Source: a virus. From it: a stretch of DNA of 5,876 nucleotides. Positions within the stretch are counted from its first letter, which is position 1; each line of letters begins with the position of its first letter. Made by a program: the position numbers and the translations under genes. Shown piece after piece: positions 5,017 through 5,876 of this stretch. The notes beneath the pieces are model-generated. The model was not told the DNA's origin. It ran no database searches and worked only from the letters and a program-made list of their open reading frames with translations. The stretch is taken from positions 1 to 5,876 of the IMG/VR virus record IMGVR_UViG_3300023496_000090; one strand, 5' to 3'.

Positions 5017-5067
5017 ATACGTGCGCACGCGTGCGCGTGTAGCTTTTCGCGTGCACGTGTGTGCGCG
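5017..5067. other. Two perfectly alternating purine-pyrimidine, G+C-rich tracts (25 nt and 20 nt) containing a 14-bp perfect palindrome
   Basis: 5017-5041 (ATACGTGCGCACGCGTGCGCGTGTA) and 5048-5067 (CGCGTGCACGTGTGTGCGCG) alternate R/Y without a break. GCGCACGCGTGCGC (5023-5036) is a perfect palindrome. It extends to a 24-nt near-palindrome (5018-5041) if two G:T pairs are allowed. Confidence 0.85.
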
Positions 5068-5081
5068 ATTAGAATAATAAT

Positions 5082-5111
5082 GCCCAGTACCTTACTTGAT
5101 AGGTACTGGGC
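5082..5111 (-). terminator. Perfect 11-bp-stem hairpin directly downstream of the VP4 stop (terminator candidate; alternatively an origin stem-loop)
   Basis: GCCCAGTACCT (5082-5092) pairs perfectly with AGGTACTGGGC (5101-5111) around an 8-nt loop. On the minus strand the hairpin starts 13 nt after the VP4 TAA (5127..5125). It is followed by ATTATTATTCT, which is T-rich but not a clean T-run. Confidence 0.55.
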
Positions 5112-5124
5112 TAGGTGACACCGA

Positions 5125-5876
5125 TTATAAAATACCGCTCTTTTTTGTTTGTTTTTTCGTGACACGCTCTTTGGTCTCTAAGACGGTTTTATAATCTTGA
5201 TCCTCTAACTGTAGTCTCTTCTGCTGCATTGCGTTTTTTTGTCGGTTCTGTTTAATTCTCCACAATCTTTGTGGGTTTTCTGCTTCCATTTGTTTTTCAT
5301 AGTATCTTGGTATTTGTGCTCTTTTTCCGTTGGTACACTGAATGTAGCCTTGTCGCCAGATTTCTGCCTTGTGCTCTTGATAGTATTTATCTCCGAGCCC
5401 CGGCTTTAAGCTCATGCAAGCGAATGGTTTTGTTTGCCCTAGCTTGTAGTATGCGTTAGCTTTTTCACCGTTTATTTCGTACATTTTTTTTGTAACGTAC
5501 CCTGCAACATATCTATATGTTTCTGGTACTGCTTGTGCTATCTGGATTTGACCCATTCCCCAGAGGTCTGCTAGCCATTTACTGGTATAGTATCCGTTGT
5601 GGTGAATCTTGTATAGATTTTCTAGGTCTGTCGGTTTCCAGCCATATAGTATCATGTGGTAATGTGGTCTTGCTGTTTGTTCTCCGTACTCGCCCGCTAT
5701 AAAATAGCGTAATTTGCCCCTATAAGCCTTTCTGAGACGTTTTATAAACTTTTGAATATCTTCATACAGCAATATTTGAACACTGCTAGGCTGCTTCTCT
5801 CCCGGTTTCCACGTGTATTGTACTTTTCGCATGATTTCACCTGTTTTTACTATCATGCCTGGTACGTAGTCATCAT
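5125..5876 (-). CDS. Replication initiation protein VP4, C-terminal part (unique sequence 5125..5821; 5822..5876 duplicates 1..55)
   Basis: The HUH motif in ARPHYHMILYG has its H-Y-H codons at 5664..5656. The double-tyrosine catalytic motif is YVAGYVTKK, with the Tyr codons at 5511..5509 and 5499..5497, comparable to YVAKYVNK of the phiX174 A protein. The track's Met at 5856 is internal; the true start is at 323. Confidence 0.92.
   Translation of the reverse strand, partial: DDYVPGMIVKTGEIMRKVQYTWKPGEKQPSSVQILLYEDIQKFIKRLRKAYRGKLRYFIAGEYGEQTARPHYHMILYGWKPTDLENLYKIHHNGYYTSKWLADLWGMGQIQIAQAVPETYRYVAGYVTKKMYEINGEKANAYYKLGQTKPFACMSLKPGLGDKYYQEHKAEIWRQGYIQCTNGKRAQIPRYYEKQMEAENPQRLWRIKQNRQKNAMQQKRLQLEDQDYKTVLETKERVTKKQTKKSGIL

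Noticed and set aside
5094-5101. ACTTGATA in the hairpin loop matches 8 nt of the phiX174 origin core, CAACTTG/ATATTAATAAC
   Set aside because: The match is on the window's plus strand, antisense to all genes. For known microviruses the Rep-nicked, packaged strand is the coding-sense strand. An 8-mer match somewhere in about 11.6 kb of two-strand sequence is also not very improbable by chance. I kept it only as a note under the hairpin finding.
1-5876. Lysogeny or mobile-element functions (integrase, transposase, recombinase, toxin-antitoxin)
   Set aside because: No ORF on either strand shows catalytic motifs of these families. The only terminal repeat is the circular-assembly redundancy, not an IR or att pair.

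Overview
The window is one complete, circularly permuted genome of a small ssDNA phage of the family Microviridae. Bases 1-55 recur exactly at 5822-5876, so the unit length is 5,821 nt.

All credible genes lie on the minus strand, tightly packed, many with overlapping stop/start codons. In transcription order (descending coordinates) they are:
- a sigma70-type promoter
- a 60-aa ORF
- an intrinsic terminator
- an M15-family zinc peptidase, the putative endolysin
- a 34-aa ORF missing from the ORF track
- a 73-aa ORF
- a 33-aa highly basic J/ORF8-like ORF, also missing from the track
- an 80-aa VP5-like ORF
- the VP3-like internal scaffold
- the VP1 major capsid protein
- the VP2 DNA-pilot protein
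- the VP4 HUH replication initiator, which crosses the circular junction (323..1 joined to 5821..5125; 339 aa)

The plus-strand ORFs in the track look like antisense artefacts.

The most unusual part is the roughly 470-nt non-coding region at 4656-5124. It holds a same-orientation array of TTTTCAACA(T) repeats that are one mismatch from the DnaA-box consensus, plus one consensus-fitting TTTTCCACA. It also holds a perfect 14-bp palindrome, a (TAC)5 microsatellite, and G+C-rich hairpin and alternating purine-pyrimidine blocks on either side of the array. A perfect 11-bp-stem hairpin sits directly after the rep gene.

No rRNA, tRNA, CRISPR array, integrase or transposase is visible. Family assignments come from motifs read by eye and have not been checked by database search.
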